From NCBI GenBank assembly GCA_001189215.1, contig LFCR01000006.1:840-64839 (forward strand): 64,000 bases of DNA, in the 5' to 3' direction. This DNA comes from Parcubacteria bacterium C7867-008. Lineage in GTDB: Bacteria > Patescibacteriota > Minisyncoccia > Phycocordibacterales > Phycocordibacteraceae. This document shows, in pieces, positions 1 to 9,595 of the stretch; within the stretch, counting starts at the first letter, position 1; each line of letters starts with the position of its first letter. The notes beneath the pieces were generated by a model. That model was not told the DNA's origin. It made no database searches and saw only the letters and a list, made by a program, of their open reading frames with translations. The translations under genes were made by a program, and so were the position numbers.

Positions 1-376
1 AGGCTCAACCGAAGTGTTCCCAAGGCCCCCGACGGCCGGTGGCCAGGTTATGGTCCCCTGGATACGAGCAGCCAGTCCAGGTCCGGGTCTCGTTATTACA
101 GACAACCTATTGCCAGCACCAAGTGCCGATGATTCAGGATTGAAGGCGTGGCTCAGTAGCAACGGTAACGGAAGATATCCGATTTCATTGGAATCGAGTC
201 ACAGGCAGTACGCGCTTGAAGATACAACTCCTATCAAGAAATCAAGTGTATTGCTGGCCTCAGTTCTGGTCGCATCTTCGTGGGTCACTGGCCTCTGGGG
301 CAGTGTATGGTCTTGGATTCTATTAGTGCTGCACCTCTAACCCCCTGTATCGACAAGAGACGTAATCAATAAAATA

Positions 377-1207
377 CTATTTTGGGAACTCAGCAGTAAG
401 CAGATCTGAGTTGTAGAAGTCTGCGGCAAGACCACCAAATGAGAATGTCTTATCTCCTGCGGTAATAGCTGCACCACCTACCTGAGGATCAGGGTTGGGG
501 TTTGAGTGTGTAAAGCCAATGTTGTAGAGGGTTGAGAGTATCGCTACATTTCCATCAATAGGGAAGCCCGCAGTTCGCCACTGAGCCTCAATCTCTTTTA
601 TATAAAGACCTGCATAGAGATAGCTCCAGTAGTGATTATGCTGATCTGTCATGCGGGTAAAGCGCTCACCTTCAATATCTGACGTCTCGAAATCTAGAAG
701 ATGCTCATACTGTGGACCGGGATAGAACGGTGATGAAGGGTCTTTCAGGTACGCCTCAACTTTTATTGCGGTATTTTCTTTCATGCCCATAACACCCCAA
801 GAGAACTGCGTCTGAGAACCAAGGATCTTAAGAGGAGAAAAGAACTGTTTGTAGTACTCACGCTCTGTGAAAAAGAGACGAAGCTGTTCAGCTACAAGGT
901 TGGCTGCAATGAGACGAGCGGGAACGCCAGAATCATTTGCTGCCTTGTTTAAGGTTGCTTGATCACGGGTAAGTGCTGCAGACAGCACCTCCCATTCTTC
1001 AGATTCTTTCCAGGGTACCGCAGGACCAGCTTGCTTCTCAGGAACAACATGTATACCAAGGAACGCATCGCGCTGGGTATCAACGATCCCTTTTTCATTG
1101 GTGAGACCAAACTTTACTGCGAAGTATCCAGCCATGAGGAAGAGGCCGATTGCTGCAAAGATATAGACGACCACATTGAAGCTGATCTTAAAGAACTTCT
1201 TTGTCAT
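377..1207 (-). CDS. Hypothetical secreted/membrane-anchored protein. N-terminal signal anchor MTKKFFKISFNVVVYIFAAIGLFLMAGYF.
   Basis: The ORF-track frame is 377..1273, but its first 22 codons overlap the recG stop. The internal Met at 1207 begins a Lys-rich n-region followed by a TM helix. No recognizable catalytic motif. Confidence 0.45.
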   Translation of the reverse strand: MTKKFFKISFNVVVYIFAAIGLFLMAGYFAVKFGLTNEKGIVDTQRDAFLGIHVVPEKQAGPAVPWKESEEWEVLSAALTRDQATLNKAANDSGVPARLIAANLVAEQLRLFFTEREYYKQFFSPLKILGSQTQFSWGVMGMKENTAIKVEAYLKDPSSPFYPGPQYEHLLDFETSDIEGERFTRMTDQHNHYWSYLYAGLYIKEIEAQWRTAGFPIDGNVAILSTLYNIGFTHSNPNPDPQVGGAAITAGDKTFSFGGLAADFYNSDLLTAEFPK

Positions 1208-1250
1208 AATTACTCGTACTGTATCGTGCAGGACAGGCTCTGTAAATGAA

Positions 1251-3425
1251 CTACTCCATATGTAACCGTTCATCAGAACGGATGACGATAGCCTTAAGTA
1301 GAGGGTACTTAGATAACTCTGGATCCTCTTTAATCAGGCGTGCTGCTTCGGTGCGGGCTGCCTCAACAAGACGCATATTCTTTATAGCTTCCATAGCGAT
1401 ATCTGAGATACCCCATTGACGACCACCAACCAGCTCACCAGCTCCTCGCAGTGCAAGATCATACTCAGCGAGTTCGAAACCATCCTTTGCGGTTATAAGT
1501 GCCTTGAGACGATCCTTAGTTGCAGGGCCGTAGGATTCAGGCAGTGCAAAGCAGTATGCTTGGTGATTTGAGCGAATGACCCGACCCCGAAGCTGATGGA
1601 GTTGCGCTAAACCAAATCGCTCTGATCCTTCAATAAGAATCACGGTGGCATTCGGTACGTTTACACCAACCTCAACCACTGAGGTCGCAACGAGTATGTC
1701 TACCTCTCCGTTACTAAAGCGTTTCATCACGTCTTCTTTAGCGGCTGGGGTCATCTTGCTATGCAGGATGTCGATAGTAGCGTCTTGGAATACTTCTTTT
1801 TGTAGACGTTCTGCTTCTGCTTTCACACTCTTCGCTTGTACGGCCAGTTCCTTGGTTGGGTCTGGTTCATTAATGCGCGGACAAATCACATATGCCTGGC
1901 GACCGTTCTTCATCTCTTCTCGTACCCGTGTGTACGCAAGTTCACGTTTCTCTGGGCCAAGTATTTCCGTAATGATTGGCTTACGCCCTACTGGCATTTC
2001 ATCCAGAAGTGATACATCAAGGTCGCCATAGATAGTAAGTGCAAGGGTACGAGGTATCGGTGTTGCCGTCATAGAAAGCAGGTGTGGAGATGTTTCACCT
2101 TTGCGCGTTAGTTTCTGTCGGTGCATCTTTCCGAATCGGTGCTGTTCGTCGATGATGGCGTATGCAAGGTTCTGGAATTCCAGAGACTTATAGATGAGTG
2201 CATGAGTACCAATAACGATAGGAATCTCGCCATTTGCTACCCACTTTGCAAACTGTGCACGGGATACCTTTGCAGACTCCTCACCACGTATCTTGGAAGG
2301 AAACTTCCTACACTCACTGCCGGTCATAAGACCAATAGGAATAGGATGGTCTTTGAAATAAGAAACAAAGGTAGAGAAATGCTGCTTGGCGAGGATTTCT
2401 GTAGGGCACATATAGGCAACCTGCAGCGTGCCAGACTTTCGACCAGGAGGTTTTGAGGTTGCTACCGTATATGCGGTTGCTGCTGCTACGGCGGTCTTTC
2501 CGCTGCCCACATCTCCTTCAAGAAGACGTCGCATAGGATGAGTAAGTTCAAAGTTCTCAATGATGCTGTCTATTGAACGCTGTTGTGCTCCGGTTGGAGG
2601 GAAGGGGAATGATTTAATAAATGCATTCAAAGCATCTCTATCAACCTGCACTTGTAGCGCCTTCTCTTCAAGGGTTTGTGCACGCTCACGCTGCATAGCA
2701 AGCTGTATTGCAAACACTTCTTCAAAGGCAAACCGCTTCTTTGCCGCATCTGAATCATTCTTCTTAAGTGGCGCATGAATCCATACCAATGCTGTAGCGA
2801 GACTTGGTAGGTTGTACTTCTCAAGTATCTCCGCAGGAATCGGATCTTGTATAGCTTCGTGTACATGTGCTTCAAACAGTTTCTTCTGTGCATGTAACAA
2901 CCATAGAGAAGATATGCCGCGGCTTTCTGGATAGATTGCATAGAGTGCATCTTCAATAATTACTGGAGCATCTCCTGTTTTCTTGAAGAGGGTATCGTGT
3001 ACGTCTTCGGGAGTTGCAGGAGTCTTGTCTATTTCTGGATTAGCGAGATACATTTTCTTATCCGTACCCGCAATACGACCTGTTGCTTTCACCACCATCC
3101 CATCCGCAACCATCTTTGCCATATAGGGTTGTGAGAACCACATCAGTTTGATGCGTCCACTCGCATCTTCAAGCCACGCTTCCGCCATTGGCCGTTTGCT
3201 CTTCCAAGCCTTCTTTGTTTCAGGCTTTCGTATCGTTCCGTATAGCGTTACCTCAGTACCAGGGGTAACAGCAGCTACAGTACCGGTTGGGCCCGCTGCT
3301 TCGTAGCGAGCCGGGAAGTGATAGAGGAGATCACGGAGTGTGACGACACCAAGCCTTGTAAGGGCGGACTTCTGGTCTGCGCGCAGGCGTGTGAAATGTT
3401 TGGTGACCAGATCGGTTGGCTGCAT
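1251..3425 (-). CDS. recG: ATP-dependent DNA helicase RecG
   Basis: 724 aa. Walker A GDVGSGKT and DEQHRFG (DEAH-type box II) are present, with N-terminal wedge/OB region and a C-terminal helicase domain. Size and motif order are typical of RecG. Confidence 0.9.
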   Translation of the reverse strand: MQPTDLVTKHFTRLRADQKSALTRLGVVTLRDLLYHFPARYEAAGPTGTVAAVTPGTEVTLYGTIRKPETKKAWKSKRPMAEAWLEDASGRIKLMWFSQPYMAKMVADGMVVKATGRIAGTDKKMYLANPEIDKTPATPEDVHDTLFKKTGDAPVIIEDALYAIYPESRGISSLWLLHAQKKLFEAHVHEAIQDPIPAEILEKYNLPSLATALVWIHAPLKKNDSDAAKKRFAFEEVFAIQLAMQRERAQTLEEKALQVQVDRDALNAFIKSFPFPPTGAQQRSIDSIIENFELTHPMRRLLEGDVGSGKTAVAAATAYTVATSKPPGRKSGTLQVAYMCPTEILAKQHFSTFVSYFKDHPIPIGLMTGSECRKFPSKIRGEESAKVSRAQFAKWVANGEIPIVIGTHALIYKSLEFQNLAYAIIDEQHRFGKMHRQKLTRKGETSPHLLSMTATPIPRTLALTIYGDLDVSLLDEMPVGRKPIITEILGPEKRELAYTRVREEMKNGRQAYVICPRINEPDPTKELAVQAKSVKAEAERLQKEVFQDATIDILHSKMTPAAKEDVMKRFSNGEVDILVATSVVEVGVNVPNATVILIEGSERFGLAQLHQLRGRVIRSNHQAYCFALPESYGPATKDRLKALITAKDGFELAEYDLALRGAGELVGGRQWGISDIAMEAIKNMRLVEAARTEAARLIKEDPELSKYPLLKAIVIRSDERLHME

Positions 3426-3513
3426 CCTCTAATTATATAGAGAAACGTGCAAGCTGGTTAGTTTGCTGTATATGATCACCTATACTTCACGCAATTCGCT
3501 ATACTATTACTAC

Positions 3514-4713
3514 ATGAAGCGATCCGTCCTCACCCTTGCACTCCTCCTCGCATTATTTGTAAGTACAGTACCCGTACTTGCTAAGGCCCCTACTGGATTC
3601 GAATCAGGTGTCTCAACCTCTGAACTACAGCAGGCGTATGCCGATGGCACTATACACATCCTTATCGTGCCCGGTCATGAACCGATGTATGGTGGTGCGG
3701 TCTATCAAGGGGTCTATGAACGCGAGTTAACAGTGGAGATCTCCAATAAACTGAGTCAACTTCTAGAACAGAATCCACACTATGAAGTCACCGTTGCTCG
3801 TACGGGCGATGCTTGGAACCCTTCTCTCAATAATTACTTTGATCGAAATATGAAATCGATCAAGAAGTTTGTTGATACACAGAAGAAACTTATGAAGAAG
3901 CTTGTGCGAAAAGGAACGGTGGAGGAGCGGGGAGAAGAGGAGCAGGTCGATCATGCGACTGCTCCAGATGATGTAGCGCTTCGACTATATGGCATTAACA
4001 AGTGGGCAAACGAAAATGATGTTGATCTCGTTCTTAGTCTTCACATAAACGATGCACCAGACCATGGTGAAGACACCCCAAGCGCGTATGCAGGATTTGC
4101 AGCATATGTACCTGATCCGCAATACGGGAATGCAGGACCATCACGTGACATAGCAGAAGCAATTGTTCCGCGCCTTTCTGCACTTAACGCAGTATCAACG
4201 CTTCCTGGAGAGGGAGATGGTGTGGTGGAAGATCAAGAACTTATTGCCATTGGCTCCTACGGAACACTATTAGTTCCAAGCGTACTTCTTGAGTACGGAT
4301 ATATCACAGAGCCTAAGTTCACCAATACTGAAGTACGAAAGACCGTGGCTGATGATTATGCATATCAAACGTATCTTGGTCTGCAGGATTTCTTCAAGGC
4401 TCCGATATCAACGAAGTACCCAACACTTGCGCTTCCATATCAGTTTGCTGGTACGCCTGCGGTTGGTAGTTCAAGTCCTGCTGTCTATTCTCTACAGGCA
4501 GGTCTACATACACTCGGCTTTTATCCAGCAGCTACTTCCTCATCAGCTATTGCAACACATACACCGTCACTCGCACTGTGTTCTGTCTCAGGTCTAATGA
4601 ACGGATGCACGATAGATGCAATCAAAGCGTTTCAGAAAAAGAATAGTCTTGAACAGACCGGTGCGCTGGGGCCAAAGACACGTACACTACTCAATTCTCT
4701 TATCGGTATTTAA
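3514..4713 (+). CDS. N-acetylmuramoyl-L-alanine amidase (Amidase_3 type) with C-terminal peptidoglycan-binding domain
   Basis: Signal peptide MKRSVLTLALLLALFVSTVPVLA. The HILIVPGHEPMYGGAVYQG ... LVLSLHINDAPDHGE blocks match the Zn-amidase_3 pattern (GHGG...E...H.NA). The C-terminal LHTLGFY...DAIKAFQKKNSLEQTGALGPKT resembles PG_binding_1. I chose the start at the internal Met (3514) because it gives a clean signal peptide. Confidence 0.75.
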   Translation: MKRSVLTLALLLALFVSTVPVLAKAPTGFESGVSTSELQQAYADGTIHILIVPGHEPMYGGAVYQGVYERELTVEISNKLSQLLEQNPHYEVTVARTGDAWNPSLNNYFDRNMKSIKKFVDTQKKLMKKLVRKGTVEERGEEEQVDHATAPDDVALRLYGINKWANENDVDLVLSLHINDAPDHGEDTPSAYAGFAAYVPDPQYGNAGPSRDIAEAIVPRLSALNAVSTLPGEGDGVVEDQELIAIGSYGTLLVPSVLLEYGYITEPKFTNTEVRKTVADDYAYQTYLGLQDFFKAPISTKYPTLALPYQFAGTPAVGSSSPAVYSLQAGLHTLGFYPAATSSSAIATHTPSLALCSVSGLMNGCTIDAIKAFQKKNSLEQTGALGPKTRTLLNSLIGI

Positions 4714-4721
4714 ATTAAAAA

Positions 4722-4742
4722 CCCCCCGACAATGCCGGGGGG
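4722..4742 (-). terminator. Rho-independent terminator hairpin (cccccc-g/loop/c-gggggg). The T-run follows on the minus strand and an A-run precedes on the plus strand, so it is possibly bidirectional.
   Basis: Perfect 7-bp G/C stem with a 7-nt loop. It sits immediately between the convergent amidase (+) and RTX-like (-) genes. On the minus strand it is followed by TTTTTAATTT. Confidence 0.7.
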
Positions 4743-4771
4743 TCTGTGACGCGGGATGCGTCGGAAGGTGC

Positions 4772-5341
4772 TTAGCCGAAGATCCAGTCGCTGCTGAACC
4801 CGGGGCCGAGCACGACCAGCTGGGTCTCAGCTCCACGGAGGATGAGGCGACCGTTCAGTTCGAACAAGCTGTCGTAGTAGGGTTCGTTGAGGAACCTCAC
4901 TTCATCGCCTTCTCGTGGATTGTAGTCGACGAAGTTGACGAGACCACGGCTGCCCAGATCGAGATCGATGTAGACGATGTCGGCGCCCGTGCCACCGTGG
5001 ATGGTGGAATTGACGCCTGCGACGATGGTGTCGTCACCGGTGCCGCCAGACAGGGAATTCCTGCCACGGCCACCGTCGATGAAATCGTCGCCATCACCAC
5101 CGTCGATGGTGTCATTGCCGCCGCTGCCGAAGGCAATGTCATCATCCTGTTCGAGGAACATGCGGTCGTCACCCTCACCGCCAAAGGCGATGTCGTCACC
5201 TTCACCGCTGTGCAGGCTGATGTCGTCGTCCGGGGAATTCCGGTCGAGCTGGTTGTAGTCGAAGACGTCGTCCTTGGCGCTGCCTTGGTACAAGATCCTG
5301 GGATCGAATTCCGGAGGCCGAGGCGGGATGGGAGTGCTCAT
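4772..5341 (-). CDS. RTX-type (hemolysin-type) calcium-binding repeat protein, small, on a GC-rich foreign-looking segment
   Basis: Contains multiple GGxGxDxux nonapeptides (GGEGDDRMF, GSGGNDTIDGGDGDDFIDGGRGRNSLSGGTGDDTIVAG, GGTGADIVY). The start is assigned to the second Met because AAGGAG lies 7 nt upstream of it. GC is visibly about 60% against about 45% in the flanks. Confidence 0.6.
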   Translation of the reverse strand: MSTPIPPRPPEFDPRILYQGSAKDDVFDYNQLDRNSPDDDISLHSGEGDDIAFGGEGDDRMFLEQDDDIAFGSGGNDTIDGGDGDDFIDGGRGRNSLSGGTGDDTIVAGVNSTIHGGTGADIVYIDLDLGSRGLVNFVDYNPREGDEVRFLNEPYYDSLFELNGRLILRGAETQLVVLGPGFSSDWIFG

Positions 5342-5409
5342 CTGGAAGCTCCTTGTTGTTCCGTCCATAAAATAACATTTATATATAAAAAGTCAATAGT
5401 AGCATCGAG

Positions 5410-6579
5410 ATGCTCTATACTGAGGTTTCTAGCCCCATTTCCATGAAACAGACTAAAAAACGGATTGTTGCAGCATTTAAGAAAGCAGGTGCTCGTATAG
5501 AAACAAAAAGTCGCGTAAAGCTTAAGAATAAAGATGATATTTCACTTTGGTATACCCCGGGGGTAGGGGCAGCATCAGAGCACCTTGCTGCTCATCCAGA
5601 GGATGCACGCAGTATGTCCGTAAAGCGAAACTCAGTGGCAGTTGTTTCAGATGGTTCAGCAGTACTTGGTCTCGGAAATATCGGTCCCTATGGCGCACTT
5701 CCGGTTATGGAAGGGAAAGCACTTATCTTCCGAGAGATGGCAGGTATTGATGCGTGGCCCATTGTGCTTGATACTCAAGACCCTGATGAAATCATTCGCA
5801 CAGTACTCGCTATCGCTCCATCATTCGGTGGTATCAATCTAGAAGACATTAAAGCACCGCAGTGTTTTGCGGTTGAGAAGGCACTTATCGAGAAGCTTTC
5901 TATTCCTGTGATGCATGATGATCAGCACGGAACGGCAATCGTTACGCTTGCGGCACTTATAAACGCAGCGAAAGTAGTAAAGAAGAAGCTGCCTGCGCTT
6001 CGCGTGGTGATATCAGGTGCCGGTGCTGCTGGTACTGCAGTTGCTCTTCTGCTTCGCGCAGCTGGTATCACCGACATTATTGTGCTTGATCGTGCTGGAG
6101 CCCTCTATGTTGGTCGTCCTGATATGAACACAGACAAACAAGGACTCGCGCTTGTTACCAACCCACGCAAAGCCATAGGAGATCTAGCTACGGTTCTAAT
6201 GGGAGCAGATGTGTTTATTGGAGTATCTGGTCCGGATCTCCTTACCGCAGATCATATACGTAGCATGGCAGGCAAGGCTATTGTCTTTGCTCTTTCAAAT
6301 CCAGTTCCAGAGATCATGCCAGACGAAGCAAAGAAGGGTGGTGCGTTTATCGTGGGTACAGGACGATCTGACTTCCCAAACCAGATAAACAACGCCCTGG
6401 TATTTCCTGGTATTTTCCGTGGTGCCCTTGATAAGGGAGTAACGAGTATTACACAGGAGACAAAAGTACGTGCTGCCAAGGCCCTTGCTTCACTTGTTAC
6501 AAACCCTACCGCAAACAAGATTGTTCCCGATATCTTTGATAAGCGGGTGGTCCCCACAGTTGCAAAGGCAGTTCGCTAG
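5410..6579 (+). CDS. maeA: NAD(P)-dependent malic enzyme (short bacterial/archaeal type)
   Basis: LWYTPGVGAASEHLAAHPEDA, AVVSDGSAVLGLGNIGP, DAWPIVLDTQD, GINLEDIKAPQCF and the Rossmann stretch VISGAGAAGTAVA match malic-enzyme N- and NAD-binding domains. The real start may be the Met at 5443 (MKQTKK). Confidence 0.85.
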   Translation: MLYTEVSSPISMKQTKKRIVAAFKKAGARIETKSRVKLKNKDDISLWYTPGVGAASEHLAAHPEDARSMSVKRNSVAVVSDGSAVLGLGNIGPYGALPVMEGKALIFREMAGIDAWPIVLDTQDPDEIIRTVLAIAPSFGGINLEDIKAPQCFAVEKALIEKLSIPVMHDDQHGTAIVTLAALINAAKVVKKKLPALRVVISGAGAAGTAVALLLRAAGITDIIVLDRAGALYVGRPDMNTDKQGLALVTNPRKAIGDLATVLMGADVFIGVSGPDLLTADHIRSMAGKAIVFALSNPVPEIMPDEAKKGGAFIVGTGRSDFPNQINNALVFPGIFRGALDKGVTSITQETKVRAAKALASLVTNPTANKIVPDIFDKRVVPTVAKAVR

Positions 6580-6600
6580 TATCCGGTATACTGGGCGCAT

Positions 6601-7032
6601 ATGCACACCGCACGTCGCGTTTGTATTGGTTTCTATAACTTCTGTGTCCGGATTCCAGACTATCTGTATCCGTTCAGTGAACTCATAGAAGGGAAGCAAG
6701 TACGTTGGAAGGCAGCGTACGATCAAGCACTTACTCGTATGATTGATACACAAGGATTTGGTCACTATGGCGCCAGACTTATTGCGTACCGAAGCTTCTT
6801 TCATATACTCGGCTCCTTTCTCTTCATATTCTTTGCGACACTTGTATCTCAAGATCTGTTTGGTAGTCAGATAGCACTATATGTACTGCTTGGTATGGCA
6901 GCATTTGCATTGGTGTATCAGGAATTCTTTCTCCAGCCACGTACGTTTGGTCAGCTTCGTCTGCATGGAATCATTGATATCCTTTCATGGACAGTTCCAT
7001 TTGCCGTCTATGTATTTTTAACTATTCGTTAG
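6601..7032 (+). CDS. Hypothetical membrane protein (2-3 TM helices)
   Basis: Open frame with hydrophobic segments FLFIFFATLV and LLGMAAFALVY. No recognizable motif. Confidence 0.35.
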   Translation: MHTARRVCIGFYNFCVRIPDYLYPFSELIEGKQVRWKAAYDQALTRMIDTQGFGHYGARLIAYRSFFHILGSFLFIFFATLVSQDLFGSQIALYVLLGMAAFALVYQEFFLQPRTFGQLRLHGIIDILSWTVPFAVYVFLTIR

Positions 7033-7466
7033 TCTCGTTGTATAGCAAGACGAACCCGTTCAAACACCGTCACAAACCAGGCACGATCCTTTGCATCCTC
7101 AAGTGACTCGCTGGCGCGAGGCAATGGTACCCATATTGCCTTCTCGATCTCCATCGTTGGCGCAAGTTCTGCATGTGATTCTGCTGCAAAAAGATACATA
7201 TGGATATCTTTAATGACCGCATGATCATATCCACCTTCAGGCAAAATACGTGGCCTTTGATACGAACCAAGATCATCAATCAATTCTAAATTCTTAAGTC
7301 CGGTCTCTTCTTCTATTTCGCGTCGCGCAGCAATTTCATCAGTTTCTCCAGGTTCTACTTTTCCCTTCGGAAAAAACCACACTGTTCCACGACGGTTTCG
7401 TACCATTGCAATGGTGCCATGATCTCCAAGTACAATCCCGCCTGCTGCTTTCGTTACATTAGGCAT
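7029..7466 (-). CDS. NUDIX hydrolase
   Basis: Nudix box GKVEPGETDEIAARREIEEETGL (Gx5Ex7REUxEExGU). Start moved to the internal Met (MPNVTKAAGGIVL) to avoid overlapping the upstream gene. Confidence 0.75.
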   Translation of the reverse strand: MPNVTKAAGGIVLGDHGTIAMVRNRRGTVWFFPKGKVEPGETDEIAARREIEEETGLKNLELIDDLGSYQRPRILPEGGYDHAVIKDIHMYLFAAESHAELAPTMEIEKAIWVPLPRASESLEDAKDRAWFVTVFERVRLAIQRD

Positions 7467-7824
7467 GAGTTGATTTTGGTAGGAAGGCGAGTGTAAGCGC
7501 TGCAAGAGCAATAGAGACATCCCTAAAGAGAATAGGGAACTGGGCACCATTGAATACGACAATGGTTATCAGTAGTACCGCTGCAACAATAGAAGGAATA
7601 CGAATCTTCCAACCGGAAAGAATCCATACTGCAATCACCATCTCAAGTACACCGAATCCATGCAGAAGTAGCATTGGTTCTACAGGAAGGGAACTTACAA
7701 AGCTCGGGAAGTATCCAATCCATGAATTAGGATCAGAGAATGCATTGATCGGAGGATACAGGAATGAGAACGCAACTCCAACGCGCAGTAGAAGATGTCC
7801 TATTGTTTCAGGACTGCTGAACAT
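7459..7824 (-). CDS. DoxX-family small membrane protein (putative)
   Basis: 121 aa with 3-4 TM helices. The N-terminal LLLRVGVAFSFLYPPINAF resembles the DoxX signature. Confidence 0.45.
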   Translation of the reverse strand: MFSSPETIGHLLLRVGVAFSFLYPPINAFSDPNSWIGYFPSFVSSLPVEPMLLLHGFGVLEMVIAVWILSGWKIRIPSIVAAVLLITIVVFNGAQFPILFRDVSIALAALTLAFLPKSTHA

Positions 7825-7825
7825 A

Positions 7826-8341
7826 TTAGTTCGCTACCGTAACAGAACCGCTATCTGATGCACGAACGTGATTATGGTACTCGAAGGTACCAGCCTTTTT
7901 AAAGGTGAAGCTGTACTTAGTTCCAGATGGTGCAGGGTTACATTCATCGAACGTACCATTCGTATTTGCTCCCTTACTGCAGTGCTGCATGGTGTTAGTA
8001 CCGTCGTAGTCGGTGTGTGTTGGATGTGCGTCTGATGCTACCCACATGTCATGTGAAGAATTATTTACGAACGTTACGGTGTCACCCAGTTTCACACTCA
8101 CCGTCTTAGGAGAGAAGCCTGCATCGGTATAAGTGATCGTAGTTGCCTGGCCACCAGCAACGGTCATTACAGGACCGGTCATTGCGGTGCCTTCATCATG
8201 ATCCGCGTCCATAGTACCTGTGGTAGAAGGAGTCATGACCGCTTCTTGAGGTGCTGCTGCAGTTTGTGTAAATGCAAAGTAACCTATGCAACCAAGGATA
8301 AGTACAAAGATAATGGCAATGATGATTTTCGTGTGGGACAT
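7826..8341 (-). CDS. Membrane-anchored cupredoxin-fold (plastocyanin-like) domain protein (putative)
   Basis: N-terminal TM anchor. KTVSVKLGDTVTFVNNSSHDMW ... H.C ... EYHNH has a beta-sandwich-like pattern with His/Cys/Met candidate ligands in non-canonical spacing. Confidence 0.4.
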   Translation of the reverse strand: MSHTKIIIAIIFVLILGCIGYFAFTQTAAAPQEAVMTPSTTGTMDADHDEGTAMTGPVMTVAGGQATTITYTDAGFSPKTVSVKLGDTVTFVNNSSHDMWVASDAHPTHTDYDGTNTMQHCSKGANTNGTFDECNPAPSGTKYSFTFKKAGTFEYHNHVRASDSGSVTVAN

Positions 8342-8493
8342 GCAGGGTAAGTTAGCTTATGGATCTATTGTACTACTTTGTAGTATCTACAAATATAGAT
8401 GATATGTAGGTGAACTAACTTTTATCAATCGTTCCTGCTCGCTGTCCCGGGCACCCATCTAAGATTGAATATCCTAGTAATCATCGATTTGCA

Positions 8494-9591
8494 CTAATCA
8501 ATAGGACCACTTGAATAAAGTTCGAGATATTTCTCCACGATGCGAGACCAGTCGTGTGCGGTTGCCCAATTATATCCATTGGCAACTAATGCTTCTGCTC
8601 CGCTCTTATCAGCAAGCACCTGTACTATCTTTGCTGAGAGATCAGTCACATTATTCTCTTCAATCAACAATCCACTATACCCGTCCTTTATTGCTTGTTC
8701 TGCACCTGATCCTTTCATGCCAATTACCGGGATACCCACTGCATTAGCCTCAAGGAAAACCAATCCAAACCCCTCGAAGTCATTTTCAGTACTGACAGAA
8801 GTAAGTACGAATAGCGCTGCTTCAGAGTACAGTTCATGTAGTTTTTCTTCAGACAACTGGCCACATATCTGTACTGAATGGGTAAGACCTAGTTCAGCTA
8901 TGCGTTGCTGTAGCATACCAACATACTCTTTATTAGAATCGTCACCAACTAAGTAGTATGTTGCATCCGGAATAGCGCGTAGTACTTCTGGCATTGCATC
9001 AATAACCAGGTGGAATCCTTTTCGTTTCTTGAGTGCCCCAACTCCTAGAATTATTTGTTTGTTGCTTGTTCGTATTCTCTTCTTAAAAACAGAACTATTT
9101 ATTCCATTAGGGATTACTTCAGTGTTAGTAACATCAATTCGTTTCAATAACGCAGTCTGTGTGTAGGTGCTAACACAGAATATTTTTGCAGCTGCACGGT
9201 ATGCGTGACGCTGCATCATACCGAACCAATCATTCCCTAAGGTACGGACAGCATAGGAACCGTGGACTGTAATAAAGAATGGTATATGGAGTAAACGGCT
9301 CAGATACATTGCAAACGGAGCATAGGGTTCAACAAAACAATGGATCAAGTCGTACTGTTGTAACTTCTTCCTGTGTGTTAGGTAGAACAAAACCGCTTGT
9401 ATGTATGACGTACACCCAAGTCTGAAAAAGTTGGTCGGTACGCCGAGTTGTAATGAAAAATCTCGCTCCCCATCAGTTGCCATGACGTCGACGACATGGC
9501 CTTTGGCTCGAAGGGCCGTACGTAAATCAAGTGAGTACCTGTCCCACCCAGATGACACGCCAAGTCGCTCCGTTATTACAAGTATATTCAC
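8494..9591 (-). CDS. Glycosyltransferase family 4 (GT-B, group 1)
   Basis: The C-terminal EGFGLVFLEANAVGIPVIGMKGSGAEQAIKDGYSGLL is the classic GT4 E-x7-E region. The ORF-track start (9669) lies inside the tRNA-Ser gene. The start is therefore reassigned to the in-frame GTG at 9591, 5 nt past the tRNA, giving N-terminus NILVITERLGV. Confidence 0.65.
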   Translation of the reverse strand: MNILVITERLGVSSGWDRYSLDLRTALRAKGHVVDVMATDGERDFSLQLGVPTNFFRLGCTSYIQAVLFYLTHRKKLQQYDLIHCFVEPYAPFAMYLSRLLHIPFFITVHGSYAVRTLGNDWFGMMQRHAYRAAAKIFCVSTYTQTALLKRIDVTNTEVIPNGINSSVFKKRIRTSNKQIILGVGALKKRKGFHLVIDAMPEVLRAIPDATYYLVGDDSNKEYVGMLQQRIAELGLTHSVQICGQLSEEKLHELYSEAALFVLTSVSTENDFEGFGLVFLEANAVGIPVIGMKGSGAEQAIKDGYSGLLIEENNVTDLSAKIVQVLADKSGAEALVANGYNWATAHDWSRIVEKYLELYSSGPID

Positions 9592-9595
9592 AGTG

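Noticed and set aside
1-360. Possible RNase P RNA / SRP RNA / tmRNA at the left edge
   Set aside because: Only a short GTCCGGG-like block is present. The required complementary P4 3' strand (CCCGGAC / ACAGAA..CCGGCTTA), the SRP GGAAGCAGC block and the tmRNA tRNA-like 3' end (GGTTCGAATCC...CCA) are all absent on both strands.
959-2456. Plus-strand ORFs 959..1249, 1645..2031, 2121..2456 (96-128 aa)
   Set aside because: They are entirely nested antisense within the hypothetical protein and recG genes. They have no start context and their composition is atypical.
4616-5446. 276-aa plus-strand ORF spanning the GC-rich patch
   Set aside because: It is the antisense shadow of the RTX-repeat gene. 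High GC keeps many frames open, its translation is low-complexity Val/Ala/Asp/Gly with no motif, and it runs through the hairpin terminator and into the malic-enzyme start region. The minus-strand frame has clear GGxGxD repeats and an SD.
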